DNA from: the human T2T-CHM13v2.0 reference genome, Homo sapiens
Direction: 5' to 3' (one strand)
Assembly (NCBI RefSeq): GCF_009914755.1
Contig: NC_060925.1
Length of the DNA stretch: 64,000 bases
Shown: positions 1-11,100 of the stretch, in pieces
How the letters are laid out: each line of letters opens with the position of its first letter
How positions within the stretch are numbered: the first letter of the stretch is position 1
Translations under genes and position numbers: made by a program
The notes under the pieces: generated by a model
Told to the model about the DNA's origin: nothing
The model's database searches: none
The model's input: the letters and a program-made list of their open reading frames with translations, nothing else

Positions 1-2326
1 CATAAGTGCATCTGGTGTAATAGTTTCTTCTTTCAATTTTTTGAGTTGGCTTTTGCAAGAGGAAGAAACTTTCCTGTATATGTATTTATGGTGTTGGTTG
101 GGTAGAGTACATTAGCTTTGATTATGGGTATGTGAAGTAGTATAAATTTCATATCTTTTTTTGGCTGTAAATAGCATCAGTGGTATATGATGCTATTTCC
201 TCAGTGGTTTATGGTATGGTTTTTAATGGATGCTGTAGTGAGGTTTTGCTGGTGAAACCAGATCAGTCAGTACTGAGGCACCAAGAGTGGGAGCAGTGGC
301 TGGCTGTGCCTGTCCTTGGGGCCCCCAGGTGATGTACACAGGCACCATTGTTTACAGGTCAAGGAGGGCCAATTCTTTGATGTCCCGTCTGCTTGCTTAG
401 GTGCCAGTAGTGGCAGCAGTGGGGTGGGTGAGTAGGCAAGTCTTTGGGCAGCTGGGCAGCATATGTGCTATGGGTCATGGTAGTAGTAATAATAGGACAA
501 CCCTAGACCTCTAAGGCATCACTTTGTGTTAGCAGTGGCTGCAGTGGGACGAAAGGGCCAGTTCCTAGGTTCCCAGGTGGCACATGTGGGTGGTGTCAGC
601 AGTGGTAGTGGTGGCACGCTGAATGAACCCTTCATCAGGCCCCTGGAGGAGTGCCCAGATGCCAGCAGTGGTGGATGGGGCGAGTAATCCCCAGGCCTTC
701 AGACAGCTTGCCTGGGTACTGGAGGCAGGTTTTCTAGGCCTGTAGTTAGACACCCTGGTACTGCACATGTAAGACCGTGGCAACTGACAAAGTAAGCTTA
801 TCTCCACAAATCCAGGTAGAATGCATGGTTTCTGGTTGTGGGGGTAGTGTCAGGTGGTGTAGGCCTATTCTCAGATCCCTCTGATGGCACACATGAGCAT
901 GGGGTATATAAGCAGGGTAGGGCAAGCTCCAGGCCTCTGGTCAGTGTGCTAGTGCACTGGCAGAGGCATGTGTTCTGGGGTTGTTATTAGGTCTCTGGTA
1001 CTGTGTATGTGCACCTGGGGTGATTGACAAGGCAGGGCAATATCCAGGCCCCTGGACGCCATGTTCAGGCACTGAAGTCGGGGTGGTGTCTAACCAGGCA
1101 GGTTTGTCCTCAGTCCCGGCAGTGGTGTGCATGGGCACAGGCTGTGGTGAGCAGTGCAGGGTGTTCTCTAGGTCCTGTGCAGCCAGCTTGGGTTGAGGCA
1201 GCAGAGGCAGCAGTAGGTGAGGCAAGCCCATCCTCAGGGCAGAAGCAAGTATGCAATGGCCCTTCTTCCACTGCTGAGGTGGGTGGGTTTTCTGTCTGTG
1301 GTATCCATACTAACCAGGCTGGTTTCAGGCTCTGGAGAGCGCACTCTTCAATCTTTAGCATTGGTAGTGGCAGCAGCAGCAGTGCACAGGGAGAGCTTGT
1401 CCTCAGGGTGAATTCAAGTGCTTGACAGCTTTGCTGATTGGGGAGGGGTTCAGGGTCTGTCTGTGGTAGCTGTACCAGGCAGGTGGCTGTCAGGCTCTGG
1501 GAAGCACATGCTTTGCTTCTGGCAGTGGCAGTCCTCAGAGTGCATGCAAGTGCACTATGACTCAGCCTGTCTCTGGGGCAGGGTTGCTATTGATGACAGT
1601 GGCCCTAGGCAGGCAGGTTTCAGGCTCTAGAGAGCATTTATTTGGCTGTAAATGCTTCATCTCCCTTTGTCATGAGGGCAGCCACCCTAGTGTGCTGTGC
1701 TGCCCTTTCCCCAGCATGCAGGTTGCTGTGTGGGCTGGAATGCTGGCAAGCCAGCCACTCTGCTAGGTTGAACCTGCGTTGCACCACTGCAGCCTTTGAG
1801 GCAGATGTCGGGAGATATCAGTGGGGCTCCACGGACAAGGAGATGCAGGGGGTGTTCGGTCCAGAACAGGATGCAGTCTGGTGCAGGTGGGATTTCAAAA
1901 TGGCATCATGCTGCAGCTGCCCAGAACTTGGGGTGTGCATGGGCCTAACATGCCACTCTCTGGAGCAGTACCATCGTGAGGACTCCAGGGAGCTCTCTAT
2001 GGTCGTTTCAGGAACCACTGAGGACAAAGGGCTCCCTTGTTGCTAGTATTGCAGTTCCCAGTGAGCATGTGGACAACTGGAGATGTCTCATTTGCCCTTT
2101 CTCTTGCACTGGGGCATCTCTCCAGGCTCCTGACTGATCCCAGCCAGCTGTCCGCCTTGCCTCCCTTTTCTTCAGTACCTCACGCGTTTTGTGTCATTTC
2201 TCTGATGGATTCCAGCATTCTCTCTTGGATATTCTATACAAAGTGTGATTATCCATTCGCTATTTTGGTTCTCCTTTGTGGAGGAGGCAGGTGTCCGGTG
2301 CCTCTAGTCAGCCATCATGAAGCCCC
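1..2326 (-). mobile_element. L1 (L1M/L1MA-type) 5'UTR and 5'UTR/ORF1 junction; continues beyond the left window edge
   Basis: Right end GCCTCTAGTCAGCCATCATG is the reverse complement of the typical L1 start CAAGATGGCTGACTAGAGGC. GC-rich UTR with degenerate repeats. Bases 1-130 resemble the L1 UTR/ORF1 junction at about 19700-19830. Confidence 0.8.
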
Positions 2327-2609
2327 ATGTGTCCTTTTTAAATTAGGAACTTTTAGAGCTCAATTGGCAGGATGTCCATTTTCAAATGCCAGATATTATT
2401 TGCTTAGGCAATTTAATCCCGATGTGTGACATTTTCTTTCCAAATAAAGTATAACGACATGCATATGTAACCACATATCATGATTTTAAGTAATGCTATA
2501 CTCAAAATCTTTTTATCTATGTTATATAGGATCAAAATTTTGTTTTGAAAGATTCTTATACAGCACAAATTTACCACTTTAATGTCAGAATAGACTTATT
2601 GATTGATTG

Positions 2610-3380
2610 ACTGGTTAAGTTATTCACTAAGCATATTTATTATAGGCTGACTATATGGAAGACACTGGTAAAGGCAGGAAATGTTTGAGAGTTGCTGCCA
2701 TCAAGGATTTTCTAGTTCAGTGGGAAAAATAGCTTTATAAACAAATTATTGTAATCAATGTTAATATATTCAGGAAGAAAAATAAGGGGCTACAGGCATA
2801 GAGAAGAGAGCTCACAAATTTCAATTTTTGGAGAAAGGATTCACAAAGTGACTGATATTTAGGGTCTTGAAAGCTAAGAAAGAGTTCTGCCCTGAAAGAA
2901 AAGGATATTCCACACAAATGGGGAAAAAGAATCTTCCACTCAGTAGCATGGAATATATGTACACAGCCATGAATGGGAGGAAGAAAGAATGTGCTCCAGA
3001 TATGTTCCAGAAGCTGCAAGTCTTGTGCTCAAGGTGACTGGAGTACAGCATGCATGTGTCCAGGAGATATACCAGGACAGGTTGGAAGAGGGGCTGTACT
3101 AGGGAGCTTTGACCTATATCTATAGTATGGACAATAGGAAGGCACTGAAGAGTGTATAATCCATGAATAAAACCAAATTTCCTGGTTTTGTAACAAAGAA
3201 AAGGATGAACTGAGAACTTGGGCAAGTTAAGAGGTAAGGAGGCCAGGTCCCATAACGGTTATAAAAATGAGTGAAAAGTTCTGAGGGTCTGAACTAAAGC
3301 AGTTGTGGTAAAACAATGATTGGAACAGAGAGAGATTTGATAAGTATTTAGGAGGTAAACTTAAGATGATTTCTAATTCG
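2610..3380 (-). mobile_element. L2 3' fragment
   Basis: TATTCACTAAGCATATTTATT...CTATATG...TCTAGTTCAGTGGG matches the antisense L2 3' end. Boundaries approximate. Confidence 0.6.
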
Positions 3381-3741
3381 AAGTAGTTAATACATATGTG
3401 TGTATATTCATGTGTATACTGATTCATTCGTTCCTTTCAAAAATGTCTGTTGTGCAGTCTTTATGTAAAATACCATAATAGATCAGTTACAGTTCCTACT
3501 GAGCCAAATCACAGGTGAGAAATAAAGAAATGGCATATTTAAATACCTGAAAGGGAAAGTAAAATGTGATTAATAGCTCACCAGTCAGAAACTTGATCTA
3601 TAAAGTGTAAAAAGACTTGGAAAAAACTTGAAAGTAGAGTATTATAGACATTACTAGCACATTATCATGTAAAATGAAACATTGATTTTGAAAATTAGGG
3701 TACAACCCACAGGCATATTCATTCTAGGAATACTAGTTACT

Positions 3742-3832
3742 TTATGTAACAAGCCTTCATATGTACCCCCTGAACCTAAAATAATAGTTTAAAAAAATAG
3801 AAATATATATATCTCAAAACAAAACAAAAAAA
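3742..3832 (+). mobile_element. Severely 5'-truncated L1P 3' end with A-rich tail
   Basis: TATGTAACAAGCCTTCATATGTACCCCCTGAACCTAAAATAA followed by an A-rich tail. Confidence 0.75.
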
Positions 3833-4164
3833 GTGAAATGACTTTCTTTTATCTTCTTGAAGATAGTGTTATTAAACTAAAAAAAAATGTATTAAATGCT
3901 TCCAACCTTGTGTTTAGACTGACACAGAGGGAATGGAAGGTATTTCAGGCTGGGGAAACAGTAGGAACAGATGAAAAAGTGAAAAGGAGATTCCCTACCT
4001 GACCAGGATTAAGACTGAATTTTTAAGGAGGATCATTTCTTAAGAACATGGATCTTAATGCTAGGGAAAGTAGCCTTACTGTGAAACATAAACCATTAAC
4101 AAGAACAAAGAAAAGGTGAGGAGAAGCAAATATTTATCATTATTTAGAAACTACTCATTGAAAG

Positions 4165-4368
4165 ACAGTAAAATGTCATTAAGCACTGGGTCATTAAAGG
4201 GTTGACCTTGGATGAGCTGCTTGAGGTTTCTGTACCTACATTTTATCTGTGAAATAGAAATAATAATACAATTTACTCTATGGGATTATTAGTTAGTTGA
4301 TATGTATAAAGTACTCAAAACAGAATATAACACATAGTAGCTACTCTGTAAACATTAGTTATTATCAT
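4165..4368 (+). mobile_element. MIR SINE
   Basis: TGACCTTGGATGAGCTGCTT...ATCTGTGAAATAGAAATAATAATA...CACATAGTAG MIR core and tail. Confidence 0.7.
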
Positions 4369-4487
4369 ATACAATATTACAGGCAGTTTTTTATGGTAGA
4401 GAGCTCATAACCTATGGCACATGGTAGGTTCTCAAAAAATATTTGCTGAAAAAAGATGAAGAAATGCTGAAAAAGGAAAAAATATGA

Positions 4488-5268
4488 ATATGAATTCCTG
4501 CTCTGTTATTCACGATTTTTGTGATCCCGGGCTAATGGGTTAACTGATCCATGCTGTATTTATTCATTCACTTATTAAATAAGCACTCACTGAATATCTA
4601 TTTTGTGCCAGATACAATAAAAAATGAGACAGATCTGTTCTTTGTTTTTATAGAGTTTACCTTTAGAGGAAAAGACAACAGCAAGCATGTGAACAAATAC
4701 ATAATAAGAAGAATTTCAGTTTGTGATAAGCATCCCAATTCTCTCATCTTCAGGTGGAATATAGCAATACTTACCCTGTGATATGGTTTGGCTCCTTGTC
4801 TCCACCCAAATCTCATGTTGAATTGTAATCCCAGTGTTGGAGGAGGGACCTGGTGGGAGATGATTGGATCATAGGAGTGGATTTCCCCGTTCTCTTCTCA
4901 TGATAGTGAGTGAGTTCTCAGGAGATCTGGTTGTTTAAACGTGTGTAGCACTTCCCCCTTAGCTCTCAGTGTCCTGCTCTGACATGTGAAGACCTACCTG
5001 CTTCCCCTTTGCCTTCTGCCATGACTGTAAGTTTCCTGAGCCCTCCCAGCCATGCTTCCTGTACCGCCGTGGGAAATGTGAGTCAATTAAATCTCTCTCT
5101 TCATAAATTACCCAGTTTCAGGTAGTTCTTTATAGCAGTGTGAGAATGGACTAATATACCCTCTAAAGTCACAGTAATGATTATGAATAATACGCATAAA
5201 AGTGCTTACATAGTGCCTGGAATAAAATGTAGGCAAGTACTCAATGACTCACTAGTAGTATTATCAGT
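4488..5268 (+). mobile_element. MIR split by an L2 fragment (about 4556-4730, -) and an MSTA LTR
   Basis: MIR pieces at about 4488-4550, 4731-4778 and 5159-5268 join into one element. The L2 piece begins TATTCATTCACTTATTAAATAAGCACTCACTGAATATCTA. Confidence 0.6.
4779..5158 (+). mobile_element. MSTA-type MaLR solo LTR
   Basis: TGATATGGTTTGGCTC...CCCAAATCTCATGTTGAATTGTAATCCC...GGTAGTTCTTTATAGCAGTGTGAGAATGGACTAATA; 5-bp TSD CCCTG/CCCTC. Confidence 0.9.
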
Positions 5269-5319
5269 AGTCAAATAAATATAGCATGATTTTGGCATTT
5301 AGTAGCCAATGGTTTAATA

Positions 5320-5576
5320 AAGCTGTCAGAAATGGACAGTCCTTGGGCTGGCCAATTGTTTTTGTTTTTATTTTATAAATAAAGTGTTATTGTAAGTAAA
5401 GTTTTTGTAAATAAAGGTTTCTGGGTTTTTATAAGCAATCATGCCTATTTGTTTATATGCTATCTAGAGTTGCTTTCCTGCTACAAAAACAGGGTTGAGT
5501 AGTTACAACAAAGACCATATGGCTCCCAAGCCTAAAATTTTTTATCTGGCTTTTTAAAAAGTTTTCTAACTCCTGA
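5320..5576 (-). mobile_element. MER58A-like hAT-Charlie DNA transposon
   Basis: GTTTTTGTAAATAAAG...GTTGAGTAGTTACAACAAAGACCATATGGC...AAGCCTAAAATTTTTTATCTGGC; opposite orientation to the copy at 38.4 kb. Confidence 0.75.
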
Positions 5577-5689
5577 TCTAGTGTTCTAGTTATGCTGTAT
5601 TTACAAATAATTAGATCTAACATAGGGCTATTATGATACATCCAGTGATGGATATAAATCTTTTGTGTTGTATAAGAGGAGAGATTGCT

Positions 5690-6420
5690 CCTGATTATCA
5701 GAGAAATCTTCCTAGGGGAGAAAATATTTGAACTAGACTTTGAAAGACAAATAAGAATTTAGGAGGTGGAAATCACTGGGGAGAGGGCATTCCAGGCAAA
5801 TTCTATATAGAGAAAGGCCTTAGTTGAAGCATAGTATGTGACACACACTATGATTTTAGGAAATGTTTAGTTATAAGGCTGAAAAACATGGGAGGAGAAA
5901 CACTGAGAAATTTTTTTAAAACCAGACCAATGTGTTTGAACTTAATTTGGTAGGCAATTGAAATTCACTGAAAACTTCTGAGCATGAGAATGACATAATC
6001 AGTATTTTTAAAACAGTCATTTGCCAATTGGTGTGCAAAATAAATTGAAGCAAAGCAACATTTTTTTTTAAAAGGCACCTATCAGTAAGTGACTAAAAAA
6101 TTCACACAGGCGTAAGATAATGAGGGTTAATTAGCACTAGGATGATAAATGGAGAGAGAAAATATGACACAGATATTGCCACAGTTCTCTAACAGATTGT
6201 GCATGCAAGGTAGAATTGGGGGAAAGAGTGAAAGCTGGTATGTGCTAACAGCATAAATGGTACTGAGAATTGATAAGAATGATGAACAATGTCAAAGTCA
6301 GCAGAGAAATCAAGATGAATGTGGACTAAGAAAAGATCAGTGGATTTTGGTGTGTAGGAAGTCAATTGTTTCCTCTAGAGTGATGGTGACAGATGTGAGA
6401 ATATGACTTAAAGAGGTGGT
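5690..6420 (-). mobile_element. L2 fragment
   Basis: CTTCCTAGGGGAGAAAATATTTGAACTAGACTTTGAAAGA...GGCATTCCAGGCA is typical antisense L2. Confidence 0.55.
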
Positions 6421-6460
6421 GTGCTTGAAGAAAAAGGGGAACAGAAACTATTAAGATGGT

Positions 6461-6713
6461 GATAATAAAACTTATCATCATTGAGAGTTTATGATGTGCC
6501 GGTAGTGCTTTAAGCACTTCAGGGAACTACTTCATTTAATCTGCATAATGACCCTATGAATAGTCACTGTTATTATCATGCCCGTTTTACAGATGAGGAA
6601 ATTAAATTTCAGCATGATTAATTTTCCCCAGGCTTTCGCGGTTAGTTATGCTAGTGTTTGAACTCAGATAGTCTGACATCAAAGCCTTGTGCTTAGCCAC
6701 ACAACTGCACTGC
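6461..6713 (-). mobile_element. MIR SINE, near full length
   Basis: TTCATTTAATCTGCATAATGACCCTATGAA...CCCGTTTTACAGATGAGGAAA...TTTGAACTCAGATAGTCTGAC. Confidence 0.85.
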
Positions 6714-6959
6714 ATATCCCGCAGGAACAACAAAAAAGTAACGTAAAATGAATCAAAGCAATGGTGCTTTTAACTTTTCCTGTTGGTTATTGAAATTTTT
6801 TGTTGCTGTTTGATAAGTGTTACCTGACTACTATTTATAAAGAAATCTTCATTGTTATGTAGATGATGGCTGCTTAATTTAGAATCTAACATCTAGTCAT
6901 CAAAAATGTAGCATGATGGTATTTTCACTAGTTAGCCTCTTGGTAAGTGTTGAGAGGAG

Positions 6960-7255
6960 AGAGAGTAGCTACCTAAGGCTGACCTGGTTTGTAAAAGAAA
7001 CAGCAGGACCCTGCAGCCACCTCCTATAATTGTGGTTTCCAATTCCCCAGCTTCCTGTGTGCAGCAGAGGTGGCCTCTCTGGTGGGCCAGTTCTGCAGGG
7101 CTGTTCTGTGAATAACTTCTAGAAGTTCAGCCTAAAGCCTGTCAGACTGACCTCCAGCTCTCTCAGTGATTTTGGAAGCACCAAATTCCCTCTGTTAAAT
7201 TCCTTTTTATTTAGTCTACCCGGAGTGATTTCTGTTATATGAACATTAACTTATC
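6960..7255 (+). mobile_element. Ancient ERVL/MaLR-type LTR 3' fragment (LTR33/LTR16/MLT1-like)
   Basis: AAATTCCTTTTTATTTAGTCTACCCGGAGTGATTTCTGTT resembles ERVL LTR U5 ends. Confidence 0.45.
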
Positions 7256-7729
7256 CTATAGAATATTGAAGCAATAAAATTAGCAAGCATGAGATTGATG
7301 ACATTGACATTCCAGGAATTTCTCTGGAACTTCTTTTTAAACATTCTCTGCCAGACAAGGGCCGTGCACCATCAGGCAAGGGTGGGATTAAAAATGATGT
7401 TTCTTTACTTGTGGCTGTTTTCCAAATTGACAAGTGGATACAGAAAAATGCCAACAGCCAATAGATAAGGTTTTTCAGGTTTAAGATCTGTGTATTTGGA
7501 TACATTTTAATGTCTTGTGAAATTGACCGGAATCAAATAGTCTTGATGCCTTCTAGGATTTTAAGGAAACTCTTCCTAGAAAATCTGCCCAGTAGCTGCT
7601 GGTGGCCATTCCACCCAAAGCAATCCCTGGGCTTCTGAATCCACACCAACAGGAACAAGTTGTTAATTCTGTGCACTTCCTAGAAGGGCAGCCTCTTCAC
7701 AGCCTGAGACAGGTGATTTTGGGGGATTT

Positions 7730-8130
7730 TATATTTGCTCTTAATTTCCAGTTGAATTGTATTGTCATCTGATAACACAGTCTATACTAATTCAAATTTG
7801 GAATTGAATGACTTTTTCTTTGCAGTTTAATATGTAGTTTGTTTCTATAACTGTTTCATGGGTGAGTTCTTTTTTTCTGCACTTCTCTATGGATCTATAT
7901 TTATTCACCTTTCTTATAAGCTCCATTAAAATCCCTTCTGTTCTTATATATTTTTTCTATTTAATCTAACATGGAAAAAAGAGATGCATGTAAGATTTGG
8001 TTTTCACTATTTTGATACTATGACATTTAAGTATCAGGGACAACTATGTCCTTATTGTGGGTTTCTGCATTATGATTATAAAGTGATACTGCCTATGTAA
8101 TTTAATTCTTCTTAAATTTAATTTTGTCTT
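7730..8130 (-). mobile_element. Ancient L1M ORF2 (endonuclease region) relic
   Basis: TTAATTTCCAGTTGAATTGTATTGTCATCTGATAACACAGTCTATA resembles the antisense L1 EN region. Confidence 0.45.
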
Positions 8131-11100
8131 GCATAATTTTTAAAACTTTAAATACATGCTCACCTGGCCTTATTGAAGAATCATGAAATTTAGATAGTTA
8201 ATGAGCAAAAAGAACCACCACCCCAAAGATAGTGTCATTATTTCTTCTCTTTCACGGTCAGCCTGTTTAATCTGAAGTTTGTAGATAGAAAAATGATTAT
8301 ATCTTGCAAGGGTCATAAATTGTTTGTATTTGTTTACATATTTTTTCTTTATATGTGAATAATAGGGGGATTAGAATTTAAGTGAGCCTTAATTCTCAAT
8401 ATTTAATCCCTTCAAAATCCCAGGTAAAATGTTATTAAGTAATTCTCCCACTCTTTAGTCAATACAATAGATTTTATTAGGGCTTTTAGTAGAAGGATGC
8501 TATTTTCTACCATGCTTATAATTCATATAATAGGTATTTCATAGCTTTGTGGAATTTTTCTTCGATCTCATTGGGAATTTTAGAAAATTAATCTCATTCA
8601 CCAGAAATATTACCTGAATAATTCTTACACGTGTCAAATAACCACAAGGAAATGAAAATATCTTGAAGGACAACTGTGCCACAATCCAGACGGATAGTTA
8701 TGATTGGGCTTGTTTGGCTAATCAATGCTTATAGTCATCATTTAGATCAAATCTAGAGTGTCTGCCTTTTTTTCTCTTTTATTAGTTTTTGACCTTCCTT
8801 TATATAGTCATGACACACTTAGCAATCAGATTAGAAAATTTATTTTTGGCATTTGAAAAATGTCCTCAACTCTGAGGGGCACCCACTGCAAATGAACAAT
8901 AGATGTGGCTCCTGGGTTATTACTAGTTGGCACTTAGTAGGAGCAAAGAAATGTACAATAGAACTGAGGGAAAAAATCTTATTTTATACTTTTCTATTTT
9001 TCTATTTCCTCTTAGATTTTATTTTTAATTTGTCAAGTTTATTGCTTTTCATACTTATTAATTTTTAACAAAGTTCTCAACATTAATTGTTTTATAGCAG
9101 TTTCCCTACTCAACCCAGTAAAGTCTTGATAATTTTCCAAACTGGAAGATGCACTTCTACTGTGATGAATCTTTTCTCAAATATTTTGGCCAATCTGATG
9201 CCTCTCCCCCAAGAAGTGTCTGAGTTTACAGGTATCTCCACATTTATGACTTCATTGTCTGGTCTTCCACAGGGCTAATTTGTGAGTCTATCCAGATCCT
9301 CTATGCTGGTTTCACCTCCTGTTTTCATTCCTTCCTCTGCTCTTTCAATACCATGTTACCCTGCCTCTGTTTGTCTACTACTGACCCATCCCTGTCACCT
9401 GCTAGGTTTCTTCTTCCTCTAAGTCTATGTCAGCCTAAATGGGCAGACTTATATCTTTATTCCTTGAGTCAAGATTGTCATCACAGGGTTCGCTGTGAAG
9501 AGTATAGGATGATTTTTGCTATAACAGTTACTCAGACTAGGTCAGTATTTTTAAGTCTACCATCTAATATGCAAAAATAATGATCTCACTTAAGTCATTT
9601 TACTATATTACTTTTTAGAATCTTTCTTCCATTTATGAACATTTACACTTGGTACCCTGCATACTGCTGGACAGATTTCCCTGCATAGTGGCAATCTGGT
9701 GACATTAAATCACACTTCCATCTTTGTATTCTTCATATCTGCTCCTCAAGAACTTACATTCTCACTAGAGACTTACTGCATCACATGGTCTTTTGAGGGA
9801 CTCTTCTCTAAATCATAGGTCACAGATCAGGGACCTCAGGGCTCACATGTTCTGTCTTCCTGGCTTTCTTGACTATATTATCTGTCTGGCATCCCCCAGA
9901 CTGATCCTTTCTTTGAAAAGTAAAAATAAAAAATATTATCTTTCTCTCTGACACATACACTTAATATACACAATCACACACAGAAACTAACTCAGAAAAG
10001 ACTAGGGATCGATAAGCTATTTCTAGGGGATTAAATACTGCTTCATGTGGATGACCAACTAATGTATTTTAAAAGTAAGGGTCATGTTTATACAGCAATA
10101 TATAAAATTTGAAATGATCAATTATTTATACAGATACAGCCTACTATTGTCTTAATTTGCATACTTGTTAAATGTCCCAAAATTTTTTGCCTGTGCCATT
10201 GGCTACCAAGATTTAACTTTATTATAGAAGCAGAGATAATGTCTATTTCCATTGCTTTCAATAGCATGAGGGCAAGGCTTACTAGAAGATTTTTTTTTAA
10301 TAAGGATGAGATTAAGTCAGGCCTATTGTCATGTTTAATCCCAGAGAGATTCAAAGGTGAGATTGATAATTTCTTGAGACAAATCCCTAAATTAATCAGC
10401 TATACAAGACATCACTGTCAATCAGTATCTAGCTATAATTGGTCCCCAGATTTTTCTTTGTACTGCCCATGGCCTCGTAGGACTAAAGGGAAATTAGATC
10501 AAGCAAAGACTGGTTAGCTCACAGGCACTTGGAACATTTTTTAGCTATTAGAAGTCACAATATCCCAATCCAAATCTAACTCAGAGAAAGACATTTCATC
10601 AAGTTCTTTGGGTTTCAATATTAGAGTTTTTCTCCAGTGTCCCTTCTAATCTTTGTCCTTCTATTACATCCACCAAACCAGGTAATGTCTATCCAATCCA
10701 TGTCTTTTATCTGAAATCACACGTTATATATATTTAAAAAATCTTCTAGCACCAAATTTAGCCATTGTGCCTTTGAAGATTTTAAATATTATAAATCTAC
10801 ATAGATGAGTTTCTTTCAAGGAGCTAAATAGGTAAGCAATAGGTTCAATATTTTAAAAACAATTAGTGGGCACAATGGGGAAAATGAGACTAATCATTTA
10901 TTACACGTTGAGGAGATAATGGTGCATCTTATTTATAAAGACAAACAAATGTTACTTTCCTCTTTGCTTAGTGTTGGTAGGAAAAAGGATTCAAAACTTG
11001 TAAATAAGCAAAAGGATGTTTGCATATCTTTTCAATGTCACACTAAAACATTGTTTAACAGAATCACAGAACCTACAGTTACTTTTTTAGAAGAATATAT

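Noticed and set aside
565-2429. Dense overlapping ORFs on both strands
   Set aside because: They lie in the GC-rich L1 5'UTR and show no protein-family features.
7591-7610. CTCF-like TGGCCACCAGCAGC on the minus strand
   Set aside because: Lacks the GGGGGC/AGGGGC core.
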